Shown here one piece after another: positions 25,301 to 48,960 of a DNA stretch of 64,000 bases. Under the pieces are notes generated by a model. It was not told the origin of the DNA. It ran no database searches and saw only the letters and a list, made by a program, of their open reading frames with translations. This stretch comes from Tubiluchus corallicola. Its lineage: Eukaryota; Animalia; Priapulida. The translations under genes were made by a program, and so were the position numbers. Location: contig JAQGDQ010000020.1 of the NCBI GenBank assembly GCA_030141605.1, positions 186,001 through 250,000 of the forward strand, in the 5' to 3' direction. Position 1 is the stretch's first letter. Each line of letters starts with the position of its first letter.

Positions 25301-26897
25301 TCGCTCTGTTTTCAATGCTGACATTTTTACAAAATTAGTCACATCTGCAAATTTAGAACTTTCAATTTCATTGAAATTAAATTAAGGCATGTGATCCGTA
25401 AATACAATGGATTTAATAAAATAATGCCCAAAGTGCCTTTGAGTCCATTATGGCATAATTTAGTCTGCCAAGTTTCCCACTATTTTTAGTTAACCATAAT
25501 TGTTAAAAGTTTTGTAGTTTAACTAGAGTGAATACGGGTATACTGAGTTTGAATTTGAACAGTTGGTTTTATTTTTATTTTGTTATATTATGGTAAGTCT
25601 CAAAAACGTTATGACTTTATTTGCAGTTAAGTACAAAATGTCATGCTTGATATTAATACTCAAAAGTATTATTGCTGTTGACTATATGAGAAACTTTCAT
25701 TAAGTAATTAAGACTTGGAAATGCCCGGATTATACATGTATTTTTTATCTTTAGGTTTGGCCCGTATTTTGTTGAACCAGTTATTGCTGGACTAGATCCA
25801 CAGACTAATGAACCATTTATATGTTCATTGGATCTTATTGGTTGTCCTATGGTCACTGATGATTTTGTCGTGAGTGGGACGGCTAGTGAGCAAATGTATG
25901 GAATGTGCGAATCTTTATGGGAACCTAACTTGGTAAGACACAACTTTTTCTTAGAAAACGTAGCCCAACTATTAAGATGCATGGCTCAGGTTTGACTTGT
26001 AGTATTATGGCTTATTTACTATTGTGAAAATCTGAAATGTTTCTTTTGTTAATATCTTGCAAATGATTTGACTTGTGAATCTATTGGCAGTAACACATCG
26101 TTATCTAGTTAGGTGAGAACAGTTTTCAGTACGGATATGTCCCTTTGTTTAAGCTTGTTTTTTTAATAGGGTCCAGATGAATTATTTGAATCTATATCAC
26201 AAGCTTTGCTAAATGCTGTTGATAGAGATGCCATTTCAGGTTGGGGTGCAAAAGTATGGATCATGTAAGTGCTTTAAATAATCTTTTCTGCTTTTGTGCT
26301 TTTAAGTATGCTTGTAGTTTTGCTGAAGGATCATTAATAATAAACCAAAGTGCTCATTATAAACAAACCCTGCAGCCTAAAACTAGATTTTTATTTTAAT
26401 GGACGTAAACTGTAAGCGTTTGCATATTTTTGACATGTACATAGTTATATAGTTATATTGTCTTCACTAACAGTACAAGTTTACAAGATTGTTAGTGTTA
26501 TTAATGTGTATTGAGAGTTTTCCAAGCTCAGTTATGCACGGTTTTGCGTGCTTCTCTTAAATTGTAGAAAATCAGAAGATTGTTGTACACTGCTCATAAG
26601 ATTTGTATTTCATTAAATCATGAGAGTTCTTCAATACAGTAAAGTTGTTGATATTACAATTTAAATAAGTATAAGTAAATTTTAATGTAGACAGTAGTAT
26701 GAGCCGCAAAGCAAAAGAGAAAGTGTAAGGGACACAGCACTCTATCTCGAGAGTTAGATTGTAATAGTGTCAATTAGATACTGACAAAGCATTATTTTAT
26801 CATTACGTTTTTTATCATGTTGTATTAAAGGTAATTGTTTTTTTGCAGTGAAAAAGACAAAGTGACAGTGCGGACTTTAAAAACTAGAATGGATTGA
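22343..26897 (+). CDS. PSMB3: Proteasome subunit beta type-3, 205 aa
   Basis: ATG-only first coding exon 22343-22345 (ACCATG|GTAAGT), then exons 24372-24556, 24957-25064, 25755-25932, 26170-26264, 26849-26897: [31 protein letters not shown]...GLATDTQTV...[15 protein letters not shown]...DLIGCPM...[12 protein letters not shown]...[12 protein letters not shown]...RTLKTRMD*. The ATG exon placement is inferred. Confidence 0.96.
22410..22985 (+). mobile_element. 5'-truncated LINE 3' end in PSMB3 intron 1
   Basis: Degenerate ORF ending with a CCHC-type knuckle ([17 protein letters not shown]) typical of non-LTR ORF2 C-termini, then a 3'UTR and a short TATTATGATGATAAT tail. Confidence 0.6.
23590..24261. 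mobile_element. Non-autonomous Kolobok-like DNA transposon (MITE), copy 1, full length 672 bp
   Basis: TTAA|AGCACAAGAAAA ... TTTTCTTGTCCT|TTAA: TTAA target duplication, AG..CT termini, 12-bp TIR with 1 mismatch. The interior is homologous to 30440-31079 and 35488-36085. Confidence 0.85.
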
Positions 26898-29250
26898 ATT
26901 TCTTTATAAAAATGTATGATACATATGTACATATAATCATTTATCATTGTGTCATATTTGCAAAAAAGATGGTACATTTTACACTTTCTTGTTTCTGGAT
27001 GTTGCAATTTGAAAATTTTTGTAGGTATAAATGAACACTGTTCTTTATGGTATGAAGCAGAACTATTCAACTGTTGTTTTATTTTTTTATGAGCATTATT
27101 ACTGCATTGTTCATTAAGAGTATTTCCATTGAGTAGACGAATGTTTAATTGTATTTTTAAAAAAATCTGTACTCATTTCAGAAGAAAGTGTATCTTAAAG
27201 TGGATGTTGTATGATGTCAAATAGGTGTAACTAAATTTCTTTCAATGTGTAAATTATTTGCATTCAGAAAAAAGTGCTTCTTGTGTTTTTTCCTACTGGT
27301 TTTGTAAAATCGCAGTGACTTCCAAATAATGTTTAATGATGTTATTATGTAAACAGTTGGGTAAAAGAGATTGAAACCTTGAAAATTGTTTGTAACTTTG
27401 AAACTTAGAAAACATTAATCTAGTTGTTATTCCATTTTGAAAGAGTGTATGAGGTGACAATAATTGTCAAACACAATTGAAAAACAGTTTTTGAATAAAC
27501 CGAACGTTAATGTATAATTCCTAGGTTTTACAGAATGGTTGGTGTTTGCAGAATTGAATTGTTTAACTAGTGATTAAGGTATTTGCACATGTGCAATTCT
27601 CGCAGAGGTTTTGAGAAAAACCATTGGATGAAACATTTTGCCTGTAGTTACAAGGTATACTAATAGTCGCTACTGGCTGAGAGTGTTCTCAACACAGTTT
27701 TGGCATTTAGTGATATGCTGCACTTAATTTAAGGCTTATTTAATTTAAGGTTGTGAAAAGACACAGTCCTAACACCTGATTAATTACTAAGGACAATAAT
27801 CAATGAGACACTGAACTGGCAGAGGTACAGGTCTGTATGTTTATGTAGGTACTTCCTACCAATATAAGTATATGCAGTATGCCACATGACTAAGCACATG
27901 ACACACTATGACCATTGAGCTATTCTCTTCAATCTGTAAGTTACACTCTGTTCAGAATCAATGACTTGCACTGTTCCATGATGATAGGGATGGAGATAGA
28001 GATCTTTATTTTTATTAATTTGTTGAATTTTCAAATATATGTTCTGAGATTTTAATAGTAGTCAGCTGGCATTGCTTTGGCACTGGTTTACTGTAAGAAT
28101 TTGTGCGACACTAGTTATTTACCCTTTAGAGCTTTAGTCATTATGTAGTTATTAAATTTGTCAAAGAAGGGAAAAGACAGAGTCAAAGAGAGAGAGAAGG
28201 GGGGAGAGAAGTAATTTGTGTGAGTGCGTGAATGGCTGAGTGATCTGATAAATAGGTACAAATGCCATTTAGTCAAAAACCTTTGTAGAGGGAAGTAAAC
28301 GGGCAAAAACTTTTGTTCCTCATATTTAGGGCTTCTGTTTAATACACTTTACAAATTACAGTATTAGGCATGAACACATGTAGTTCGTACAACATAACTT
28401 GCACTCTTGCAGTTACAGGTCTACAAGTCTATGTATTATAGTTTTTGCAATATCCATTCAATGCATTATATAAAGGTATACTTTTACCTGTGTAATCATC
28501 TAATATTAAAAATATAACGATTTCTATTCTTTTGCTGTGTGTGCATATCGTGTAAATATTATAATGAATGTAATAGTAATTATTCAACGTGATGTAGCCA
28601 TGCAACTGAGTGCATGTTGCCAAGCTTCATGTTACTATCAGAAGCATGCCAAATTAATTATACATTCAATTTTGTGTTTATCAGGAAAGTGGGGATTATC
28701 GTAAACACAAATATAAGTAGACTACAAGGTTACGTAAATTGCCAATAAAATGTGCATACTACAAAGAAAAGATAAGTTTAGGACAGTAGAGAACCAAATC
28801 TTCAGAGACTTCTGTAAGAACGAAAGAGGCATCTATATGTGTCACTTTAAAAGTCATTGTACAGACTATCAAGGCAGGTCACGGCAACCGAGTGTTATTT
28901 TTATGCAAAGCATGTCATAACAAGCTACACTTGGCCAGTTAAGAGGATTGAGTTAGAGAATTAAAAGATGAATACAATGCTGTTAACTAAATATGTAAAC
29001 AGACAGAGCGTAGAAAAATAGATGGTTGAACAAAATAGAATTCTTTGCTAATTTCTAGTGAGCAGGAATCTGTTAATGTTTGTAAAAAATAACTGTTATT
29101 GCGACATAATTGGAGAAGCTTGCAAAATTGCAGCATAGCTCATTTTTAAAGTGATTTGTTAAAATGTTTAGGACAGAAAACTAGATCGTTAGTTACAGAA
29201 ATTAAAACATAACGTTAGACAGTGGTTTCTTTGAAGCCATACATGTTGAT

Positions 29251-31556
29251 CTACAAGTTAAAGTAGGATTTGAGGAGTAAGTATTGATTTGAGGCTGGTG
29301 GTACAACACCTGGCATAGACAATAGTGTTGCATCACCGTAGAGTGTACATTCCTCACTTGTTGAATCTAGTCCTATCAGCGTACATCGGTCATCCCTCAT
29401 ACAATGATACATACATCTCACTTCTAAATATGTTGATTCAGTTCTAGAAAAAAGAAGAAGTATTCTAGGTTTCCTACGGTTAAATTTCGTTCAATACTGT
29501 AATTACCCGCATGCAAAATTTACACATGTAATAAGAATGAGTATGCGAAAATCTTTCGTACAAAGGTCGGAGTCATAAGACACAACAAGTGCAAGAGTAT
29601 ACAAGTCAAGATGATTCAAGTTTTTCTTTTTTTGAATATTTATGTGCGACTAACATTACTTTTCCCTATCTGGATTCTGTTTTAAAGTTCATCATCATCA
29701 TACGCCCGTCACATCTATTGTAGACATTGGGCAGGCACAATTATAAAATAAAAGAAATCTGCCTTCAGACAGGTAAACGCAGCAGTAATCCAACAAAAAA
29801 ACTACACACTGCTACGCCAGTGGCTTGTCAGCACCACTTCCATTTCCTTTAAAGTTGTTGCGGTTTTAACTATTTGTGTGTTAAACGACATTTAAAAGGA
29901 TGCCTAGGTACATGTATACCGATTTTATTAACCGTTTATTCTAAAAAGTCATTTTCTTTTTTAATGCACGACGATTAATGTAGCAAAACCAATGTCCACA
30001 ATTAACCCAGTGGAGTTTTTTCGGCAAAATTACCTTAGTTTTGCCCAGAAATCTTGCTTAGAAAACCATAGTAGCAAAACGGTAAAACCTAGGTTTGCGT
30101 TTTCTGGAGAGTAATCAGGATTTTGCTCAGACAAATCAGGTTTAATAGACGATTGTGCTTACTTCGTGGCTATAATGTCTACAGTTTTTCCATTCGTATC
30201 TGCGGCATTGCCTCTCGTCCATTCATGTTTTCCCTCGTTAATTACTTGTCCTGTGTCAAAATAATTAAGCACGTTTATGTACAGCTCAAAAAAGTCAGTT
30301 AGCATAAAAACAATGATAGAAATCATGGCCTCCAAGACTCCAAAAACAACTTTGCAGAACAAAAAATGCTTTCGGCCCCTGTCGATTCTGCAACATTGAA
30401 TATTCGTGGTCTATTTATTTTATCTAAACTCCCAATTAAAGTGCAAGAAAGCCCTCCACTTACATAAAGCTTAAAAATTCGTCTTGAAATTTTATACCAC
30501 TTACATACTGTCTTTTCATATGCATGGCTTGCATCGGCAGTAACGCTGTATAAAACTTGTAAATTCAAACACCCGCGATGACCGTTAGACGCAGCCAGTT
30601 TTTAATGGTAGGTCGTTTGAAACAAGTTTAGATAACATTGCGTGCAATTTGAAAAAATAATCAGAGCAATCGTAGCACACATGTTACTAACAAAGTAAAA
30701 TTTTAAATTACTGTATCTTCTCAATAAGATTAAAAAACGTTTTAGGGTGAGCCAGCGATATTTTTCCAATTGGCACGAAAATTTAAGTTATTATTTATAC
30801 TTACATAAGGCTTTCCAGCAGGTAAGCGAAATGCCAAGTAATATAGATTTGCATTGAAAGTTTTTTGGGACATAATTTAACATTGCCTTTTCTTCCCCTG
30901 ATTTACATTTGCATAAGCGACGTCGTGTAACGGTGACTTCAGAACAGTATTGCGGGAGATTCAAAATGAAAACAAACAAAAATTCCCTTTAACGCGAGTA
31001 CGATATATGCATGAAAATGCTGTAAAGTAATATAATTTTTTAAGGCAATTTTTCTGAAACCTACTTCTTTTCTTGTCCTGTATAAGTTAAAAACGTTTAT
31101 CGCACAACACAAAATTTTTGCTTCTTTGTAAAAAACATGGTTATGATGAAATATCCACATAGATTTTTGGCGTGTGATTGAATGCACAACTGAACACAAC
31201 ACAAAGACAAAAAGAGTGTGTAAATTCATATGCGGTTCCTGACCGTGTTTCTGTTGAACACTCTTTTGATAAGCCCTGATGAAATTATCGAAATATACCT
31301 GACGAAAAAATCGTAAAACAATTCTTGGACAACGTGTGTGTTTGTAAATACTTGTGTGTTGTTATTTCCTATTATTGTTACTAACTTTAATTACACATTA
31401 TAAGATATGGGAACAAAATAATCCATCCATCTACCTATCTCTCTATATCTATATCTATGTCTATATCTATATCTATATCTATATCTATATCTATATCTAT
31501 ATCTATATCTATATCTATATCTATATCTATATCTATCTATCTATCTATCTATCTAC

Positions 31557-31626
<70 letters not shown>

Positions 31627-32019
31627 CATCCATCCATCCATCCATCCATCCATCCATCTATCTATATGTATATATATATATACATATATGCAATCCGAAG
31701 CAAATATATATACGTAAAACAAAGGGGATTGCAATATATGTGTCTGTAAAAATGAATGAGGCTTACCTTTGACAAAGTGAATGATTTCACAGCAGCAAAT
31801 TATCACGCTCACCTGTAAAAATAATATTCAAGAAGACTGAATGACAAAATGCTGATACAGAACGAAACTATAGTCAGTCTTAGCTATATTATTAATTTAA
31901 TCATACGGATCTATTGACTGTAGGTAATCCATTGTGTCTAAAGATTTATCCCAACGAAGTATACAGGATTTACGGCATGAAGCGCCTTTTTTGTGTCAAC
32001 TTACTATGCCGATCTTCAT
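29251..32019 (-). CDS. Small secreted protein (113 aa) with a single PAN/apple-like Cys motif
   Basis: Exons 32019-32005 (ATGAAGATCGGCATA|GTAAGT), 31812-31767, 30250-30163, 29443-29251. All junctions are GT-AG with matching phases 0, 1, 2. Protein: [113 protein letters not shown]. Signal-peptide-like N-terminus and a C-x3-C-x5-C-x11-C-x-L motif. Confidence 0.8.
30440..31079. mobile_element. Kolobok-like MITE, copy 2 (in intron 2 of the PAN-like gene)
   Basis: TTAA|AGTGCAAGAAAG ... TTTTCTTGTCCT; colinear with copy 1. The right target duplication is degenerate. Confidence 0.85.
31421..31688. repeat. Compound microsatellite (ATCTAT)n(ATCT)n(ATCC)n(TA)n
   Basis: Directly visible; source of the YIYI/SISI ORFs. 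Confidence 0.97.
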
Positions 32020-33260
32020 TTTTATGCCGAAATCCCAACAAAATAATGTGACAAAGCTGCTAGTTTTCCTTGTGTGTAAGTTGATGAAGCCGCTCTGCGA
32101 TACCAGTTACAGTTGCGCATAACTTCCAAGAGAGTCGCCAGTTGATATATTTCTAGCTTAATGAATCCATACACCCGAGTCACACATTATTGGTTAACAC
32201 GAAAAGTTGTAATCTAGTGCTAGACTTGAATTTTAGTGTTGATATAGTCCAAAAACGTTTTACAAGTAAAAAAACAGTGGCGGCAAGGTTTCCAGCTTTC
32301 ATTTAAAATTTAAAATTAACCAGTGATGCAGTTGTTTTCTGCAGAAAATACCAAAGCTAAAATTGAGACATATCCCTAAGACATTAAGCTTTCAGATAAA
32401 TCTTAATAACCATAAAATTGTGTAACTTGCGTGCATGGCTAAATTAGAAATAGGGACTACATCGACCGGCGACTTTACTAGGAATTAGAAGGTCAAGTTT
32501 TTCCTGTGTTACTGGCAAATGGCTAAAGGCATCAAGATTTACAAGACGTTCTCAGTTGAGAAACTATTTCTGCCTTGTTTATCAAAAGCCCCGACTCGTT
32601 ATATTGACCTTTGGCTGCAATATTATACCTTGACTAAATAACGTGAGCTTATAATACGTCCCGTTTAGCGCGAACCAATTTAAATAGTAAAGTAAATAAC
32701 AATTCTCATCTCATTTCTGCAATTAATGCAAATAATGCTGGGTTCCAAAGATCATAAGAAATATACACAGATCTCTCAATAACCAAATTTCTGTATGAAC
32801 AACGAATGAAAAGAGTAATATTATTAATAAGTTAAACTGGATTGCTAAATGAGATAGCTGTTCGACGCGAGAAATTTCGTGAGAATATTTTTGTCGTTTA
32901 TATTGTGAGCAGCCTTCAAGGTAATTTTGCTTGCTTACATTTTCTTCTAAGATAGATATCTTGTAGAAGCCACTGTTCTTGTGAAATTTGAATCTGAATC
33001 AAAGTAAAAATTACAACGTAAATGTTTAATGTTTTTTCAAGTGTTTTGTAATAATGTGTGGCTTAATTACTTTCACCTTTATTAAGGCATTATAATAAAA
33101 TAAATTGTTATGTAAAGCGCAAGATCCAATGGCGAAAAATATAAATCTGATGGTGTTGCCAATCACGATTCATAAAAGAATTTTAAATAAACAAATATCT
33201 AAAAATATGCTAAATCGACAGTTACTGGCTTCTGTACAGAATTTTTAAAACACATGCGGA

Positions 33261-44463
<11,203 letters not shown>

Positions 44464-47058
44464 ACTGCAGGTTAAGCACTGCGGGTTGTATATATAACAC
44501 ATTGCGACATTTATTTGACATTTGTAATGATAAATTTTTGAACTAAAAAGTTCAAATTTTTGAAAAAAACTTTTTAAGGATTACATTAAGGCATACATGT
44601 GATGGAAATATTTACTATGTTTTATAACATTTTTTGCGAGTATAGCTAGACTAAAGTGCTTTAAAAAATTATAATTGTACCTCGCAATTTCCCGTCCACA
44701 CTGAGACGTAATAATTTTATTTTGACTACTAAAACTACACTCGTAGTTCACATGAAAAAATCTTCTCTGACTGTTTTTTCATTTCTTATGCATAGTCAAC
44801 TGCACATAACTTAGATGCTTAGGAGGCCAAAGAAATGGTCGAATTGAAAAATGAATCGAGTTTAAGCGAAACCACCCATGCAGGTGCCATGTTACTCTGT
44901 GGATGGTCTGTTCGCTTACAAAGGGCTTTATCTTTGTTATATACATATATATATCTTATATATATATATGTATACATATTTCTGTTATTGTAATGTATTT
45001 CTTTTTACTGTTTTATTTTATGTAATATTAACTGAATAATTTAAATCTTAATTAAAACTAAAATAAAATGAGATAAGGAATAAGGACAACTAATTTTCGT
45101 TGGAACAACACTGTTGTCATTTTTGTGCTTGTTATGAATAGTGTATTTGAGAGTTCTTTAATAATTTGATTGAAGATTTGTTTAATGAATTAACAATTAC
45201 ATTGTTTTATAAAAAGGTTTAATAAAGTGCTCATATAGTAATTATAATACCCATTATTTTTGTTTTTTTAAGTGTTACAGGAAGTAAGGAAATTAGCTGT
45301 GCAATTCTATGATTGTTTGGTTGTCATGATCGCAAGTAATTATGAATAATATAATCTAATTTCAAGGTTATTAGTTAATAACGAAATAAGCTCGCCAGTA
45401 TTTTAGTTTTTGAAACCAAATTGAGCATGGATGAGGAGATGGATGAGAAGAAAGTGAGCCCAGATTTGCACCAAGAATCTTTGGAATACAAGTTCAGTTC
45501 CATGGCACTTAACTGTACATGCCTATGTGATAATATTCAGTTCTAACAGTTAACTAACCAATTCAATATTTTCAAGTGTTAGCTTGCTCAAGCCAGAATA
45601 ATTATTAGCTAGGTTAGTTTAAAATTGTCTTCGCGCCATGAGTTTAATTAATTTTGGGGTAATTATTATTTATATTATGAATTTCAAAATTATTGCTTAA
45701 TAGCGGAATAAATTTTGGTTAAACGTAAAGAAAATATGAAGCAGTCGCTATGATTTCGGAGTCGCGGGTACGTTGTATCATAATTACGAGTATTCTTCAT
45801 AGAAAGTCCTTCGAGTCTAACTTCTGCTGGTCGAAAATATTAGCTTGTTCAGCAATCCACATTGAGCAATCCACATTGTTGCCTACTATACACATACACA
45901 CATACAATCATCCATACACCTGGAGATTGCTGCCTCTTGTTACTATCCTTCTCTCGCGGATATTACATTCTCTGCAGTTACGATGTATTAGGGAAGCCAA
46001 GTTGGTTTACGGGTTACGGGTCAAGGGTTACCGGTCGGTACAGAGGATTATATACGAGCTTTAATTTCGCATTAGAATTTAAAAGCTACCCATTACTTTT
46101 CTTGACGATGCCACTGTCTTAGTTTGTTTTTTCTATAAAATTGTGAGTTGAATAGTCACAAAAATGAAAAATCGCGAAAACTACCACCGTTAGGTAGAAC
46201 TTTTCGTAGTGTCATTATACAGTCGTTAGTGCACAGTTTTTTAAAAAGTTACCAAAATGTGGGTGCTGCACTATATCTTGTTTTATTCTGCTTTCTAGGC
46301 CTAATCGCCTTGCAGTGAACTAAACGTCCTCTGATCTTGGTTCCTACTTAGTAAAAAAATTAAATCCAGTGAAATTTTTTCAGAACTTTGCTATTATGTG
46401 CTTTTTTAGAACGTCTATAAAACTAAAATTTATAACTAATATTTCTTTATTTTTGTATAAAATTATTCTAAACGAGAAAAACAGTTTAATTTACCTAATT
46501 CGGGATGGGAGCATCTATACTTTCTCAGTTTGTTTTACGCCGGCTAGACATAGCAGCTATTTCAAAAACTTTGCTTTTATTTTTAGACTTTCACCTTTTC
46601 GCACTTTGAGTACAATGGGAAAAAAAATCTGTGGACTCTAGTTTAAGGAGGTTTTAGAGATAAATGTGTTTTTAAAGCCAATGTGTCGTGTAAAGTTTGA
46701 TGAAACACCTTCGCGCCGTCAAGAAAACGTAGCTTCAAATAAAAGGAACAATTAATAAAAACTATTTTGAGCTTTTTTGTTATTTGTGCATTAGTTCTGG
46801 CGTAGTGCTCTAATAATTACTTAGGTGTCATTTCGTGTTGACATAATTTGGTTTATTGAGGATTGAAAACTACACGTTTTTTGGGTAATATAATTAATTT
46901 TCTGGTTTCATAAAGAGACTTGTTTTGGCTTTCGGCAGTAGCCCTCTAATTTGAGGCTTCAGCATGCTATTATGTTAGACGGTTTACAAACAGTATATTC
47001 ACTATGAATACCGCCAGATGTCAGGAAGTTGTAGCACGTACCAGTCAATAGTCAATAT

Positions 47059-47986
47059 ATGGGTGACAACATTCGCGAAGTCGGTGAAATTCCAAGGAAC
47101 ACTAATGATTATTCAGCTAGTGGAAGCAGTATGCACGTACCTTTATACGAAGAAGTTCCAGATTCCGGCATTCAATTTGCGAGAATGCCGAAAAATGTAG
47201 AGAAAAGGAAGCCAATTGGACATGCTGTGAGTGTCAGTGAACTTGATGCTTTAAGAATACATTATAGAAATATATTTTATTGTTTGAATGAAATGATACT
47301 GAGTAACAAAATACGCACAAATTACTTTTTTCTTGGCACATCTTGATCATACTATTCATTATTCGCTTGTCGGATCTATGTTGTTTAATAGTTTATTAAA
47401 CTATTGTCTAGTGAATATATCAGACAAGAGTTTCTAGATTTGTTAGCTACTATTTATATTGCTCCCTCTGTTTTGTTCCACATTGCTGTTTAGGTTTTTA
47501 CCTATTACGTGCTGAAGTAGGCATATTAACGCGGTGAATTAGTTTAACAAGGTTTTTCTGTGTTCACTTTTATAAAGCACTAGTTGTAGTAACATATTGA
47601 ATATGATTTACTATTACTACGTTTATAAATTTCTTTTTGCTCTTGTATACGATATGCCATAGTTGATTAATTATTAACGTAAAGTGCATCAGGTATATCT
47701 CGATAATAAAACGAATTATTTTTGAGCTTTTGAGCTTGTTTAATTTTTGGCAAGTGAAGCTGCCTACTGCTGTTGCTTTTTCATTGCAATCTAATTAGGT
47801 ACTTCCTTATATACGTTTTATTTTCACCGCAATTCACCAATTTTGCATTTATAGGTGATGGGTGTAATTCTTGGAGTCATCTATCTGCAGCAGGAACTAA
47901 ACCAGGAAGCCGTGCAAAACATCATTTCTGTCTTGTTTATTTCAATTATAGTCATGTCTGTGAACAACGCTTACACAGTAGTAAAT
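47059..47986 (+). pseudogene. Collapsed White-family ABCG pseudogene retaining only exon 1 and exon 12 homologues
   Basis: 47059-47250 matches exon 1 of copies B/C (DYS..S.MHVPLYEEV..SGIQFA.M.KNV....PI....SVSELDA), but its donor reads TTAAGA instead of GTAAGT. 47855-47986 matches exon 12 ([21 protein letters not shown]...). No homologues of exons 2-11 or 13-19 were seen. Confidence 0.85.
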
Positions 47987-48219
47987 GTAGGTGCTAAATT
48001 GCACAAAAGTTCATCTAGTCAGTTGAAGCCCTTTTCTTTTCGCCATTGTTGTTGAAGTTGGTTGTGTTCAACAGGTTATCGGTTCAAGCCGAAAAGCTGT
48101 CAGATTTTTTTGTGGAGTATAACACTTTTCAAACTTTGACCAGTGCTCAATGGCAGACTTTAACTAATGTAGATGTTGCAACGACACTAATTCTGGACAC
48201 TGAACGGCAGAACTGGAAC

Positions 48220-48375
48220 TAGTAAGTTCGGTAGAAGTAAGTTTGGTCCTGGTAATTTTGGTACGATGAAATTTTGGTACCGGGAAAATTTGGTACTGGT
48301 AAATATGGTACTAATGAAGTTTTGTCAGGCACTTTTGGTACAAGTAAATACAGTACAAGGTAAAAATGGTATGGA
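48220..48375. repeat. Degenerate 15-16-bp tandem repeat (GGTAAATTTGGTACT-like)
   Basis: About 10 units, e.g. ggtaattttggtacg, gaaaatttggtact, ggtaaatatggtact, ggtaaaaatggtat. Confidence 0.75.
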
Positions 48376-48599
48376 ATGAGTTTGGAATTACACAAGCGAG
48401 AACAACATCACAGCGAAATGAGCGGCTCTATAGAGTTATTTTCATGCGAATAACCCAAAAACATAATATTAACCCAAAAGCAAAAATCAAGTCTCTTGAG
48501 AAATTGGGCATATTTTAACATTTGAGAAAAATGTACGAAAGTTTCAACAATAAAATTGTTGGACTATAGGCCTTGGGGCGGTCATTTCGAAATAAAGTA

Positions 48600-48960
48600 A
48601 AAGTAGAAAGTAAAAAAAAAGATTATTTTTCTCTGAATGTTACAAAATAAACATAAACAAACGCTAAAAACTAAAATAAAGACGGGGTGGCGAAAAGACC
48701 AAGGGTCACCAAGTCAACCACCCCTATTCAAACTGAAGAAAATTAAGTGACCTGTCAAGTAAGGTATGTACAAATGAAAATAATCAGCAACTTAACAAAA
48801 TAAAAAATAAATGAGGCAAAAGTTCAAATGAGTTTAAACTTAGAAACAATAAATAAATTTGGCAATGAGAAGAGGCAAAATTTAAATTAGCAAACAAAAC
48901 GGAAAATTTAAACTAAACACTTATTTCGCCAGAGCTTGAACGAACTTCTTTTGCAGTTAC
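48600..48960 (-). mobile_element. Possible LINE (L2/CR1-like) 3' end
   Basis: Stem GGGGTGG...CCACCCC (48684-48724) inside a T-rich (minus-strand) 3'UTR-like stretch. Weak evidence. Confidence 0.3.

Noticed and set aside
31274-31320. CTGATGA..CGAAA and CTGACGA resembling a minimal hammerhead ribozyme core
   Set aside because: No stem I or stem III complementarity and no cleavage triplet in the required position.
48220-48375. Short periodic repeats as a possible CRISPR array
   Set aside because: Units are contiguous and degenerate with no unique spacers, in a eukaryotic context with no cas genes.
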